64,000 bases of DNA from an uncultured Verrucomicrobiae bacterium (GCA_963762565.1 CAVXLD010000001.1:288001-352000); one strand, 5' to 3'; counted from the first letter of the stretch, positions 38,006 to 47,820 are shown. The notes: a model not told the origin generated them from the sequence alone. Numbers and translations are program-made.

Positions 38006-38545
38006 ATGAACACAAACCAGCTCGAACCCACGCAGCAGGATGAAGCCCGGATCCCCTATCAACTCCCGTTTCCGGTTGAGGCTCAGACCGAGATTGTCCA
38101 ATCGCCCGCACTCCCGACAGACGAACGACTTTGGGTGCCGCAGGCGACAAACGTCTGGCTAAGGCCGCTGTGTTTGAATGCATCCCAAGGTTACTGGGTC
38201 AATTTGCTGCGGGTGCGTAAGTCGGGAGTCTTAACCCGGCATCGCCATCCGGCGCCTGTACACGCTTATGTGTTACGCGGCAGCTGGCATTATCTCGAAC
38301 ACAATTGGATCGCGAAGGAAGGCGCTTACGTGTTCGAACCACCAGGGGAAACGCATACTCTGGTAGTACCGGACGATGTGCCGGAAATGATCACCCTGTT
38401 CCATGTCAGCGGCTGCATGATCTACGTCGATCCTTGGGGTAAACAGACCGGCTACGAAGATGTCTTTACCAAGATCGAGATGTGCCGGAAGCATTATACG
38501 GAGAACGGCCTAGGCGCGGATTTTGTGGATCAGTTTGTGAGGTAG
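38006..38545 (+). CDS. 2,4'-dihydroxyacetophenone dioxygenase family cupin
   Basis: DERLWVPQ, LTRHRHP, GSWHYLEH, FEPPGETHTL, YEDVFTKI...HY...GLG. Confidence 0.85.
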   Translation: MNTNQLEPTQQDEARIPYQLPFPVEAQTEIVQSPALPTDERLWVPQATNVWLRPLCLNASQGYWVNLLRVRKSGVLTRHRHPAPVHAYVLRGSWHYLEHNWIAKEGAYVFEPPGETHTLVVPDDVPEMITLFHVSGCMIYVDPWGKQTGYEDVFTKIEMCRKHYTENGLGADFVDQFVR

Positions 38546-38563
38546 GAGTGTCAGGACCACGAT

Positions 38564-38879
38564 CGGGGAGGGCGCGCTGCCTGTCCGCCATAGCTTTAGC
38601 GACGGAGGATCCCCGCGCGCCGCGAGGACGTGTCAGGACCTAAAGATGCACTTTCGTCCTCGATTACGACTCGCGCTCGGCTTCGTTAATAAAGGATCGC
38701 GAGGACGCGATCCCTCCCGGGAGATGGGCGTGCACTCAATCCAAAGACGAAGCGCCTCAGGGAGCATCCTGAACCGGTAATTCCGACTTGGCGCATTAGT
38801 CGAGCACTCCGCGTGGCCGGCTTCGAGCACGAGCACGAAACGCCGAACGCCGAACGCCGAACGCCAAACGCCAAACGCC
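38564..38879. repeat. Composite repeat region: GGGAGGGCGCG/CGCGATCCCTCCC arms with inserted palindrome, then hexamer and heptamer (AACGCCR x6) runs
   Basis: cgctgcctgtccgccatagc (38575-38594) is the exact reverse complement of 26597-26616; aacgccg/aacgcca x6 at 38838-38879. Confidence 0.85.
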
Positions 38880-38888
38880 TGAGCAGCC

Positions 38889-40073
38889 CTACACCAGCTC
38901 TAACGCTAAAGCGATCCCTTGGCCGCCACCGATACAGAGCGTGACCACGCCACGGCTCAATCCATCTCGTTTCATGGAGTGAAGCAGCCGCACCGTCAGT
39001 ACCGTGCCTGTCGCTCCGAGCGGATGGCCGTGCGCAATCGCGCCTCCTTCAACGTTAATAATATCTTCGGGAATACCTAGCTCTCTCGCGACTGTCAGTG
39101 GGACCGCAGCAAATGCCTCGTTGATTTCAATTCGCTCGACGCTACCCAGCTTCCATCCGGCTCGTTCGAGTGCTTTCCGAACCGCCGGGATCGGACCTAA
39201 TCCGAAGAAACCAGGTTCGACCGCCGCGACGCCGTAACCGGCGAGCCGGGCAACAATCTTTAGCGACTTCGCTTCCGCAACCCGTTCATCTGCCACAATC
39301 ATCGCTGCCGCTCCCGCATTGAGGCCTGGAGCATTACCGGCCGTAATCAAGCCGTTGTCCCGGAAAGCCGGCCGAAGTTTCGCCAACACTTCTAACGTGG
39401 TTTCAGGTCTCGGCGCCTCATCCTGGTCAAAGAGAACGGCGCCTTTCTTTCCCTGGACCTCAACCGGGACGATCTCATCCCGGAACTTGCCAGCCTTTTG
39501 TGCCTGGCTAAAGTGCCGTTGCGAGCGCTCAGCAAAACGATCCAAATCTTCCCGGCTCAATTTCGCCCGGGAAACAAGGTCTTCGGTGTGCCAGCCCGAA
39601 TGTTTCCCTGAGAAGGCGTCATCAAGCCCGTCACGGAGCATACTGTCATAGATCTCAGCCGGCCCCATTCGATAACCCCAGCGTCCACCGTCCATTAGAT
39701 AGGGCGCGCGATCCATATTCTCCAGGCCGCCGGCAACAGCAATATCAACCTCTTCTGCGACGATCTGTTGAGCGGCGGTCACAACGGCTTGCGCGCCCGA
39801 GCCGCAAACCCGGTTCACTGTAATCGCCGGAACCGACACCGGAACACCGCCGCCGATAGCCGCCTGTCGCGCCGGGTTCATCTTGTTACCCGCTTGAATC
39901 ACGTTGCCCATGACGACGCTCTCTATCGCGCCGGCATCGAGCCCCGCCCGTCGCAAGGTTTCTCGTATCACCACTGCACCAAGCTCGGTGGCCGGCACTG
40001 TTTTGAATGATCCGTTGAACGCCCCGATCGCAGTTCGGACCGGGCTACAGAGAACGACTTCGCGCGTTGCCAT
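38889..40073 (-). CDS. Acetyl-CoA acetyltransferase (thiolase)
   Basis: VNRVCGSG (catalytic Cys), EINEAFA, GGAIAHGHPLGATG, TLCIGGGQG. Confidence 0.96.
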   Translation of the reverse strand: MATREVVLCSPVRTAIGAFNGSFKTVPATELGAVVIRETLRRAGLDAGAIESVVMGNVIQAGNKMNPARQAAIGGGVPVSVPAITVNRVCGSGAQAVVTAAQQIVAEEVDIAVAGGLENMDRAPYLMDGGRWGYRMGPAEIYDSMLRDGLDDAFSGKHSGWHTEDLVSRAKLSREDLDRFAERSQRHFSQAQKAGKFRDEIVPVEVQGKKGAVLFDQDEAPRPETTLEVLAKLRPAFRDNGLITAGNAPGLNAGAAAMIVADERVAEAKSLKIVARLAGYGVAAVEPGFFGLGPIPAVRKALERAGWKLGSVERIEINEAFAAVPLTVARELGIPEDIINVEGGAIAHGHPLGATGTVLTVRLLHSMKRDGLSRGVVTLCIGGGQGIALALELV

Positions 40074-40277
40074 ACCTATCTTTAACGATGCGATCTGGAG
40101 TTGTCCATCGATCCTCGCGAGGATTCTTTGGTTCTAGTCCGCGTGCTCGAATGGTCAGCGCGGGAACGGCGAATTGTACTTGAGCTCGTATATACAGACG
40201 TCCTCTGTCTTGCGTCACGTCGTGCGTTCGGTAATTTATTGGCTGGCACGTTTCCAGGACGTTAAACGCGCTAAACA

Positions 40278-40316
40278 AATCGAGGACGAGGACGACGACG
40301 AGAACGAGAACGATTA
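40278..40316. repeat. Hexamer run (CGAGGA/CGACGA/CGAGAA)
   Basis: aatcgaggacgaggacgacgacgagaacgagaacgatt; same family as 2335-2369; only a degenerate partner arm near 40135-40152. Confidence 0.8.
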
Positions 40317-40880
40317 CGAGTAATCCTGCGATTCCTTGACTCCCGTTCAGGCGGCTTCGGAGCCGACGACTATCTTTAGCTGCGCGACAAAACCGGCAAC
40401 AAAACCCAGGCTAACGCCAGTGCTGCCAGCGCCAAGAGCAGATATCGCCTACGAACTTGCGCATCTGCCAGAAACGATGCGTTGGTAACTCGCTTCATAA
40501 ATGTAAATCGTCTAGGACGATGGTAGTTTTCTGTCTTTCTGTAGGTTCCCCGGATTAGCCCCCGACAATCCTGTTGGCTTCCAAACGGGCCTTCTACGAA
40601 AAGCAGAAGACACACGAACAACGAGTTCCCGACTCCATTCGGTCCGATCCTTTCCTGTCACTATCAGTTAATACCGGAAATCGACCGAAAAGTTTCAATA
40701 AAACTGGACTGTTAGAAACCATGGGAATGAAGTCATTGCTTTCGATTCCGCAACAAGCCATACGACGGACGAACGCGAGTGGAACCGGTCGTCGCCCAAG
40801 CGCTATCGTAGACCGGAGATGGGACTCCTATCCGTCTACGATTTAGCGGCAGGACAAATGGTTTGATAGTTTCGGAGTCG

Positions 40881-41823
40881 TTACTCCGCGCGGACGACCA
40901 GCTGGCAGGCGCCGATGTTCCCAAAGTTGATGAAGTTGGCGTTGATCAGCTTTCCGGTGGTGGCGTTGTATTCGCTAACCCCAGCGGCCTCCGCCACGAG
41001 GAGGTGGGTGCCCGAGACCGCGAGCCCGGTGGGCTCGTAGCTGGACCCGGTAACTAAGGTGGCGTTAATCGGGGCTCCCGTAGTAGCGTCGTATTCGCCA
41101 ACTGTCCCTCCCGTACCCGGGTTGGTTAAGCCAGTAACCCACGTAAAGGTGGTTGTTCGACACGGTGAGTGCTCCAGGAGTATAGGACCCAAGCACAATG
41201 AAGTCGGGGGTCGTCGCGCCCGTCGTAACGTTGTATTCACAGATCGCGGCCCCATTAAAGCCGTCGCTATATCCAAAGTAGAGGTTGTCGCCCGAGGCTG
41301 TGAGAGCGCCGGGGAGGTCGCCGCCGGGGTCGTTTCGCACGATGAGGTTGGCGTTTTTCAGGGCTCCCGTGGTGGCGTTGTATTCGGCAACCGTGGCGGC
41401 GTGCTCCCCGCCGGGGTCACTGTCGCACGCCACGAAGAGTTTGTTACCCACTACCGCGATTCCTGTGTCGTAGGAGAGCCCGGTGATGAAGTTCAGATTA
41501 ATCACAGCTCCCGCGGTGGTGTACTGGCTAACCGTGGGAGTACTGGACGTCCCATTCTGCAACGCGAAGATGGTATATCCGAGATTCTTGATCTTGCCCG
41601 AGAACGCCATCGCCACGGGGCTGGTCGGGACGATGAAGCCGGACTGGATCAAGGCTCCTGTCGTGGCGTCGTATTTGCCAATCGAATAACTGCGAAAGAC
41701 GGCATAGAGATTAGGATCCGCGTCCGCGTTTCTGGGCATAGCCCATAGCGCGGTGGTCCCCAGAAGGAGTGTGCAGAGGGCACTACGCAGCGCGCTCGAA
41801 TTTGATGTGATGATTTTTTTCAT
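40881..41823 (-). pseudogene. Secreted beta-propeller-like repeat protein, frameshifted
   Basis: Signal peptide; repeated V-x-EY-x-ATTGA-x-IN-x2-F blades continue from ORF 41065..41823 into ORF 40881..41276 across a frame change at about 41110-41140. Confidence 0.75.
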
Positions 41824-41987
41824 GTTTTTGTTCCCGCCACTTCATTTAGAAAACGACGGTCTCACTCGGTACAGATGGAAATCACCGGGTAAGTTTCAGA
41901 AAAGATGGGAATGAAGTCCTCAGGAAGAGGAATCTCAGGCTAAGCAGACTTCGTCAGGCAAGCCGCCGGAAATCCGCGGGGGCGGAG

Positions 41988-42173
41988 CCGTGGAGCGCGC
42001 CTCGCTTGCGAGGCCGTGGTGAGCAAGGCTAAGGATAGGGCAGACTCACCGCTATGCCGCGCTCTTGAGCTTGAAGAAACACAGGCCCTAACATAGAGCG
42101 CTGACAGAACTTAGGTGTGCACCGCGATGTTCCCTTGCGTACCACGGCCTCGCAAGCGAGGCACGCTCCACGG
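41988..42173. repeat. GTGGAGCG REP-like doublet (REPIN-like)
   Basis: gccgtggagcgcgcctcgcttgcgaggccgtggt / accacggcctcgcaagcgaggcacgctccacggc. Confidence 0.92.
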
Positions 42174-42266
42174 CTGCGCCTCTCACTAGTCACCTCCGCC
42201 CCAAGAGCCCAGCCTACTGCGTCCTGCTTTATTGACAGCAATATCCTACAATACTACATCTCTAGT

Positions 42267-42485
42267 ATGAAAGTGACCGTCGAAGTGTCGGAAGAGGAGC
42301 TTAAGGATATCCTAAAAGCAACCCGCGAAAAAAGGAAAGGCGCCGCGATTCGCCAACTGGCATTAGAAGCCCTGATGCTCAAGAAACGACGAGAACTGCT
42401 CGACGAGGTCGAGGCCGGTAAATGGAGCGTTGATCTTCCACCCATCGAACGGTTGCGAGAAGACCGAAATTTATGGCGGTCATAA
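42267..42485 (+). CDS. VapB-like antitoxin
   Basis: 72 aa, RHH-like start MKVTVEV; overlaps the downstream PIN gene; TTGACA at 42232. Confidence 0.8.
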   Translation: MKVTVEVSEEELKDILKATREKRKGAAIRQLALEALMLKKRRELLDEVEAGKWSVDLPPIERLREDRNLWRS

Positions 42486-42877
42486 TCGACTCCTCGGTTT
42501 GGGTCGACTGCGTTAGAACGGGTAGTCCGGAGCCCCTAAGGAGGCAAACCAAAGCGATCATCATGGGGCCGGACAGTTTCCTGTGTGAACCGGTCTTGTT
42601 CGAATTGTTGCGGGCTGTGCCCAAGCGGAATCGGGCGCGCACGGAGGCCTTGGTAGCCACCGTTCCGATATTATCGACCCCCGCCGATCTCTGGATCTCT
42701 GCGCGGATCCTTGGTCAGAAGTGTATCGATGCCGGTTCGCTACCGCCGGCGATTGATCTCTTGATTGCGCAAATCGGATTGCATCATAACGTGCCAATCA
42801 CGACGTTTGACAGTCACTTTCAACAGATCGCTAAAGTCAGCTCGCTCCAGGTCAATTTTTTGATGCGCGCGAAGTAA
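42473..42877 (+). CDS. PIN-domain VapC-like toxin
   Basis: VIIDSSVW, FELL, IDLLIA, TFDSHF acidic PIN motifs. Confidence 0.9.
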   Translation: MAVIIDSSVWVDCVRTGSPEPLRRQTKAIIMGPDSFLCEPVLFELLRAVPKRNRARTEALVATVPILSTPADLWISARILGQKCIDAGSLPPAIDLLIAQIGLHHNVPITTFDSHFQQIAKVSSLQVNFLMRAK

Positions 42878-42907
42878 GCAAGACTGACTAATCACCCCGC
42901 TGCCGCC

Positions 42908-42952
42908 TTATTCTCCCAATTCCTTGTTCACCAGATCGAGGTCCTTTCCCAC
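42908..42952 (-). pseudogene. Relic 3' end of a paralogous TPR gene
   Basis: Minus strand reads KDLDLVNKELGE*, matching the C-terminus TDLELVKKELGQE* of the adjacent TPR gene. Confidence 0.55.
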
Positions 42953-42991
42953 CCTCTGCGTCCGCTGCGACCTTTGCGCGAGGCTTTAGAC

Positions 42992-44712
42992 TCACTCCTG
43001 CCCTAACTCTTTCTTCACCAACTCGAGATCGGTTTTCCAGGTTGGACTGTGACCATGAAGCCGGATCAGATTCGTCAGAATGTCGAGACTGGCCTGAAAA
43101 TTTTGTCGAGCAGCGTTGCTGTCCCCTTGCTGCTTAAACAAGCTCCCCAGATCCTTATAAGAGTTCGCCAAAAAGAGTTGCGCATCGCTGCTACCCGGTT
43201 CTTTTTTGGTGAGTTTTTGTGCCACCTCCAGCGCCCACTGATATTCGGTCCTGGCGGTGTTTAAATCCCCTTGCGCCGTCAATATGTCGCCGAGTTTCCC
43301 ATAAATTTGCAACAAATACTGTTGCAAATAGCCGTTGCTCGGGTCCTGCTTAACTAGTCTCTCCACTATCTCCAGTGCATTCAGGTATTGGACTTTGGCG
43401 CCTGGCAAATCATCTTCCTTTCTTAGCACCTCCCCAACATTGCTATAGCTGACCGCCAAGTCTGCTTGCCATTCGCTGTTGTCGGGATCCTGCTTGACCA
43501 GTTTTTGAATGACCTCGAGTTCGCCCTGATAATTCGCCCGGGCGGCGTTCAAATCCCCTAGGGCTTCGAATACAGTACCGAGCCTGTTATACGGGAACGT
43601 CAAATCTCGCTGCACATCGCTGTTTCTGGGATCTTGCTTGGCCCGTTTCTGGGTTATCTACAGTCCACGCTGGAATTGGGCCTTGGCGCCGTTTAGGTCC
43701 CCTTGCGCCTTCAACAGGTCGCCGAGTTTGCCATAAACCAGCCCAAGATCGCGTTGCCAAAGGCTATTGCTCGGATCCTGGTTAGCCACTTTCAGCGCGA
43801 TCTCCAGCGAGCTCTGGAATTGGCTGTTGGCGCCCCTCAAATCCCCTTGGGCGAGCAAAACCGTGCCGAGGCGATTATAACTGGCTACCAGGTCGTGCTG
43901 CCAAAGGCTGTTGCTCGGGTCCCGGGTGGCTAGTTTTAGCGCGATCTCCAACGCCGGCTGACTGTGCGCCTTCGCTCCGGTCAAATCTCCTTGGAGATAC
44001 TCAACCAGGCCGAGCCTACCATGGATGACCGATAAATTTCGTTGCCAGGTGGTGTCCGCCGGAGCCTGCTTCACCACCTTCTCCGCGGCTTCCAGGCTTT
44101 GCTGGAACTTCGATTTAGCGCCGTTGAGATCACCTTGCGCCTGGAGGCGATCACCTTCCGACCTCAGGAGGGTTGCCCAATTGTTCAGGGCGTTGGGGTC
44201 CTCTTGGCTGAAACCTAAATTCTTATAGTAGGTTTCAACTTGCTTCTGCACGTCCTCGATAATATCGAGATGCCCAATCGGCTTCAGCTTGTCATTGAGC
44301 TGATTCAGCAAATAGTTGAGGATCCCTTCAGCGCTACTCCTGGCGGAAACGGCTCGGGTCTCACTTTGCACGGCTGCTCGCCATTCCCAGACTGCCGCTC
44401 CTGCTACCGTTGTGAGTGCCGCTATCACTCCGGCCACAATTAGCCGCCGTCGCCGGAGACCTCGTGCGACTATTGCTCGCGAAACTAGGATGTAGCTCCT
44501 TTCCTCTGGTTCCAGGCTTGACTCGTAATTCCTTAGAAGATCCTCAGCTTCGGCTAAGGGCCGGCCCGGAGCGAGTAGATAGTCACTCTGCCGGTTACAT
44601 TCCACCCATCTAGCCATTGCTTCTCCGACCCGAGCTCGGACCCGCAAAAAGTCGCGATTCTCTTTTTCCCAGCGATTGATCTCCGGCCAGACCCGGAACA
44701 AGGCTTTTCGGC
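42992..44712 (-). pseudogene. TPR-repeat membrane protein (C-terminal part of a STAND-ATPase-type protein), 5'-truncated with internal nonsense codon
   Basis: ALFRVWP-x3-W-x3-NRDFL segment, one TM helix, repeated DPSNS-x-WQ-x-DL TPR units; in-frame TAG at 43660-43658 joins the two ORFs. Confidence 0.8.
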
Positions 44713-44805
44713 CGCACGAAAGAACGGGATGAGATCTTGGGGACGCTGCAGGCCCGCTCGATCGAAGAGAATAAGCCGTTTCAAGTAGGAACTGGAGCAA
44801 AGACC

Positions 44806-45306
44806 AGCATCAGCTCCACGGGTGCTCTGACCGCGATCTCTGGTTCCCCTTTGCAACGGGTACATCCCCTGTTGCGGTTGCGGCGATCCCTACGACTCGG
44901 TTCACTTACGTGGTCAATGAAAGCGCTAATACAGTTTCCGGCTACAGCATTGGTTTTGATGGTGCACTGACCGCGATCTCTGGTTCGCCTTTCGCAACGG
45001 GAAGCGGACCGATTGCAATTCGCTTACGTGACAGACCGCACTCTTAACACGGTTTGGGGCTACAGCATCGCCTTGAATGGTGCTCTGAAACCGGTCACGG
45101 GTTCGCCCTTTGCAACAGGGAGATTACCCTATTGGGTGGCAGTCGACCCCAGCGCGGAGTTTGTTTACGTCGCAAACCAGACGGATAACACAGTATCCGC
45201 CTACAAAATCGGCTCCAAGGGTGGTCTGACCGCCGTTCCAGGATCTCCATTTGCAGCGGGAAACATTCCCACAGGAGTGACTGTTACCCAAAAGACGAGG
45301 CCGTGA
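44806..45306 (+). pseudogene. Lactonase-like beta-propeller fragment with two frameshifts
   Basis: Four GALT-x-(I/V)-x-GSPFATG blades across three frames (shifts at about 44850 and 45018); no 5' end. Confidence 0.7.
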
Positions 45307-45360
45307 TCTTTGAACGTGGATTCCGGCTGGAACCGAGCATACTGTTCTGGCTCTGCCGCC

Positions 45361-46524
45361 ATGCAAGCGATCACCTTCTCCGCCGCCAAACTCGATACCC
45401 TGCTCGATGAATCCGGCATCGAGGTGCTTTTGGTCACCTCAAAACATAACCTGCAATATTTGTTGGGCGGGTATCGCTATTATTTTTTCGAACATCTGGA
45501 TACGATCGGGTTGGGGCGATACCTGCCGGTACTCGGCTATGTAAAAGGTAACTTGGCTCAATCCTTCTACGTTGGGAGTGGAGATGAAACGTGGGGCATC
45601 GAAGTATTTCCTTTCTGGCCACAACGGATTTCGACCGAAGTCTGGACTTCAACCGAGGCGGCGCAAATCGCCGCTCAGTATGTAAGGTCGCTTGGAATAA
45701 AAGCTCCTAAGATCGGTCTGGAACTTGAGTTCTGGACAGCGAACGGCTGGGAGACATTAAAGGCCCAGCTACCAGAAGCAACTTTTGTGGATAGCACGGA
45801 AGTTCTGGAGGAGCTGCGAGCGGCCAAGACTCCCGAAGAACTCGCCCAATTACGAAAAGCGGCTGCCGCCATTGTCGACTCGATGGTAGCAACATTTCAT
45901 TGGTTACGAGAAGGGATGACAGAGACAGAGATCGTTGAACACTTGCGGATCGAAGAAACGGGTAGAGGTCTCGATTACGGTTTTACCTTAGTTGCCACAG
46001 GTCCAACATTCGGCAGAGGACCCTCAAGTCGAAGGATTGGGAACGGTGAGATAATTTCGATCGATACCGGCGGCCATTGGCACGGCTATCTAGCGGATAT
46101 GGCAAGAATGGGCGTGTTAGGAGAGCCCACTCCGCTGATGAAAGAGTTGTTAGACGAAGTCAGTTCCGTGCAGGCGGCAGCCAGGGTTCCAATCAAAGCG
46201 GGAGCTCTCGGAGGCGGAATCTATGACCACGCTCTGGAAGCTTTAGAATCGTGTCCACATCGGGCGGACATGCATTTTGTTGCCCACGGTATGGGCTTGA
46301 TCCCGCATGAAGCGCCTCGACTCACCGACACCGGCCCAATACCTTATCCGGCTAAACACGCGAAACGGCCTTTGCAGACCGGCATGGTTCTGTCGATTGA
46401 AACCCATGTAAAACACCCTGAGGTCGGGTTCGTGAAGTTGGAGGACACAGTCGCGGTGACTGATTCAGGATGGGAAGCTTTTGGCGATTGGGGACGAGGC
46501 TGGAATCGGCCTGAGGGAACTTAA
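45361..46524 (+). CDS. M24 (Xaa-Pro peptidase/creatinase-like) family protein
   Basis: Creatinase-like N-domain; IDTGG-x3-GYLADMAR, AHGMGLIPHEAP, VLSIET, VKLEDTVAVT. Confidence 0.9.
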   Translation: MQAITFSAAKLDTLLDESGIEVLLVTSKHNLQYLLGGYRYYFFEHLDTIGLGRYLPVLGYVKGNLAQSFYVGSGDETWGIEVFPFWPQRISTEVWTSTEAAQIAAQYVRSLGIKAPKIGLELEFWTANGWETLKAQLPEATFVDSTEVLEELRAAKTPEELAQLRKAAAAIVDSMVATFHWLREGMTETEIVEHLRIEETGRGLDYGFTLVATGPTFGRGPSSRRIGNGEIISIDTGGHWHGYLADMARMGVLGEPTPLMKELLDEVSSVQAAARVPIKAGALGGGIYDHALEALESCPHRADMHFVAHGMGLIPHEAPRLTDTGPIPYPAKHAKRPLQTGMVLSIETHVKHPEVGFVKLEDTVAVTDSGWEAFGDWGRGWNRPEGT

Positions 46525-46733
46525 CCGCAGATTAACGCGGATAGACCCTTGGAGGACGTGCCATCGTTCTCGCAGTAAATCGTTCTCGTCCTCGTCGTCG
46601 TCCTCGATATTAACCGCGCAGCTCCCGGCAGCTGGAAACCAAAAACCGAGTCGATCAGAGCCCAGTCCGAATTTTCCGGGAGCACACATCACAGGTATAA
46701 CGGCGCCACCTATGAAGGACGACGACGAGGACG
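46523..46733. repeat. AACCGCAGAT arm plus hexamer inverted cassette
   Basis: aaccgcagattaacgcggat overlapping the stop codon; aatcgttctcgtcctcgtcgtcgtcctcga ... aggacgacgacgaggacg. Confidence 0.8.
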
Positions 46734-46920
46734 GCCTGCCGCGCCGTAGGCTTGGCGGAGGCGGGAGAACGATTGATCAAGTCGCACAGGGCCGGATCCC
46801 GCAAACCGTACAGGTCCGGTTCTCGTTTCGAACAGCAATTGCGGCAACTGGGACAAATAGAGGTCGACCGGCCAATCCTAGAGTCTATTGGCACCGTCTG
46901 TTAATCCATGTTTTCTCTTT

Positions 46921-47661
46921 ATGACAAACAAAACGTTTCTCATTACTGGTGGAACTACCGGGATCGGTCTGGCCACAGCTCAACTCCTAAGCGCCGAAGG
47001 GGCGAAGGTCATCGTCACCGGGCGCAATCCCGAAACTCTCGCTTCCGCTAAGAAGGTTCTCAACGGCGTAACCGTACATCCTTCGGACGCCGGCGACCTA
47101 GCCGCCGCACAGGCGCTGGGTGAAGAGGTCAAAAAATATGTGGGTCATCTCGACGGAGCTTTCCTGAATGCGGGCGTCGGGGATTTCAAACCAATTGAGG
47201 CGGTAACGCCTAAGGACTATGACGACATGTTCAATGTGAACGTACGAGGTCTTTACTTCCAGCTTCAATCGCTGCTACCGGTATTGGGCAATCCGAGCTC
47301 CGTCGTATTCAACGCCTCCATCGCAGGTTCTACCGCCTTTGCCATGGCGTCGATCTATTCGGCAACGAAGGCTGCGGTCATCTCTCTTGGCAGGACCCTA
47401 GCGGTCGAGTTAGCCCAACGCGGCTTGCGGGTCAACGTGCTGAGCCCGGGACCGATTGACACCCCGATTGCAAAGAAAAGCGGCCTTCCTCCTGACCAGG
47501 CGAACGGGGTTGTGGAAATGCTGGTTGCCAGGTCGCTCTCGAAGCGGATCGGTACATCCGACGAAGTGGCCCGGGCTGCAAGATTCCTACTCTCGGAGGA
47601 TTCGAGCAACATTACCGGCACGGAGTTGATCATCGACGGCGGTGTTAGCCTCGCAAAGTAA
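46921..47661 (+). CDS. SDR family oxidoreductase
   Basis: ITGGTTGIG, FLNAG, YSATK, VNVLSPGPIDTP, IDGG. Confidence 0.93.
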   Translation: MTNKTFLITGGTTGIGLATAQLLSAEGAKVIVTGRNPETLASAKKVLNGVTVHPSDAGDLAAAQALGEEVKKYVGHLDGAFLNAGVGDFKPIEAVTPKDYDDMFNVNVRGLYFQLQSLLPVLGNPSSVVFNASIAGSTAFAMASIYSATKAAVISLGRTLAVELAQRGLRVNVLSPGPIDTPIAKKSGLPPDQANGVVEMLVARSLSKRIGTSDEVARAARFLLSEDSSNITGTELIIDGGVSLAK

Positions 47662-47820
47662 CGTTCACCGCCTGGGCCAGCCGAAATTAACCGTAGAATC
47701 CGGTGACGCTTCCACAGTGTGTTTGCTAGCCGGATAAGAACGATTGGGCTGGGTGCTAGAAGCGCTTTCGGCGCTTTCGCTCAACACCCTGGAAAACAGT
47801 TAGAATAACAACTGAACACG

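Noticed and set aside
41059..41748. 229-aa plus-strand ORF, and other long antisense ORFs such as 10882..11607
   Set aside because: Shadow ORFs antisense to well-supported genes.
43658..43660. Programmed TAG readthrough (pyrrolysine or recoding) in the TPR gene
   Set aside because: Equivalent repeat positions encode Glu (GAG, one substitution away), the gene is also 5'-truncated, and TAG is used as a normal stop elsewhere in the window.
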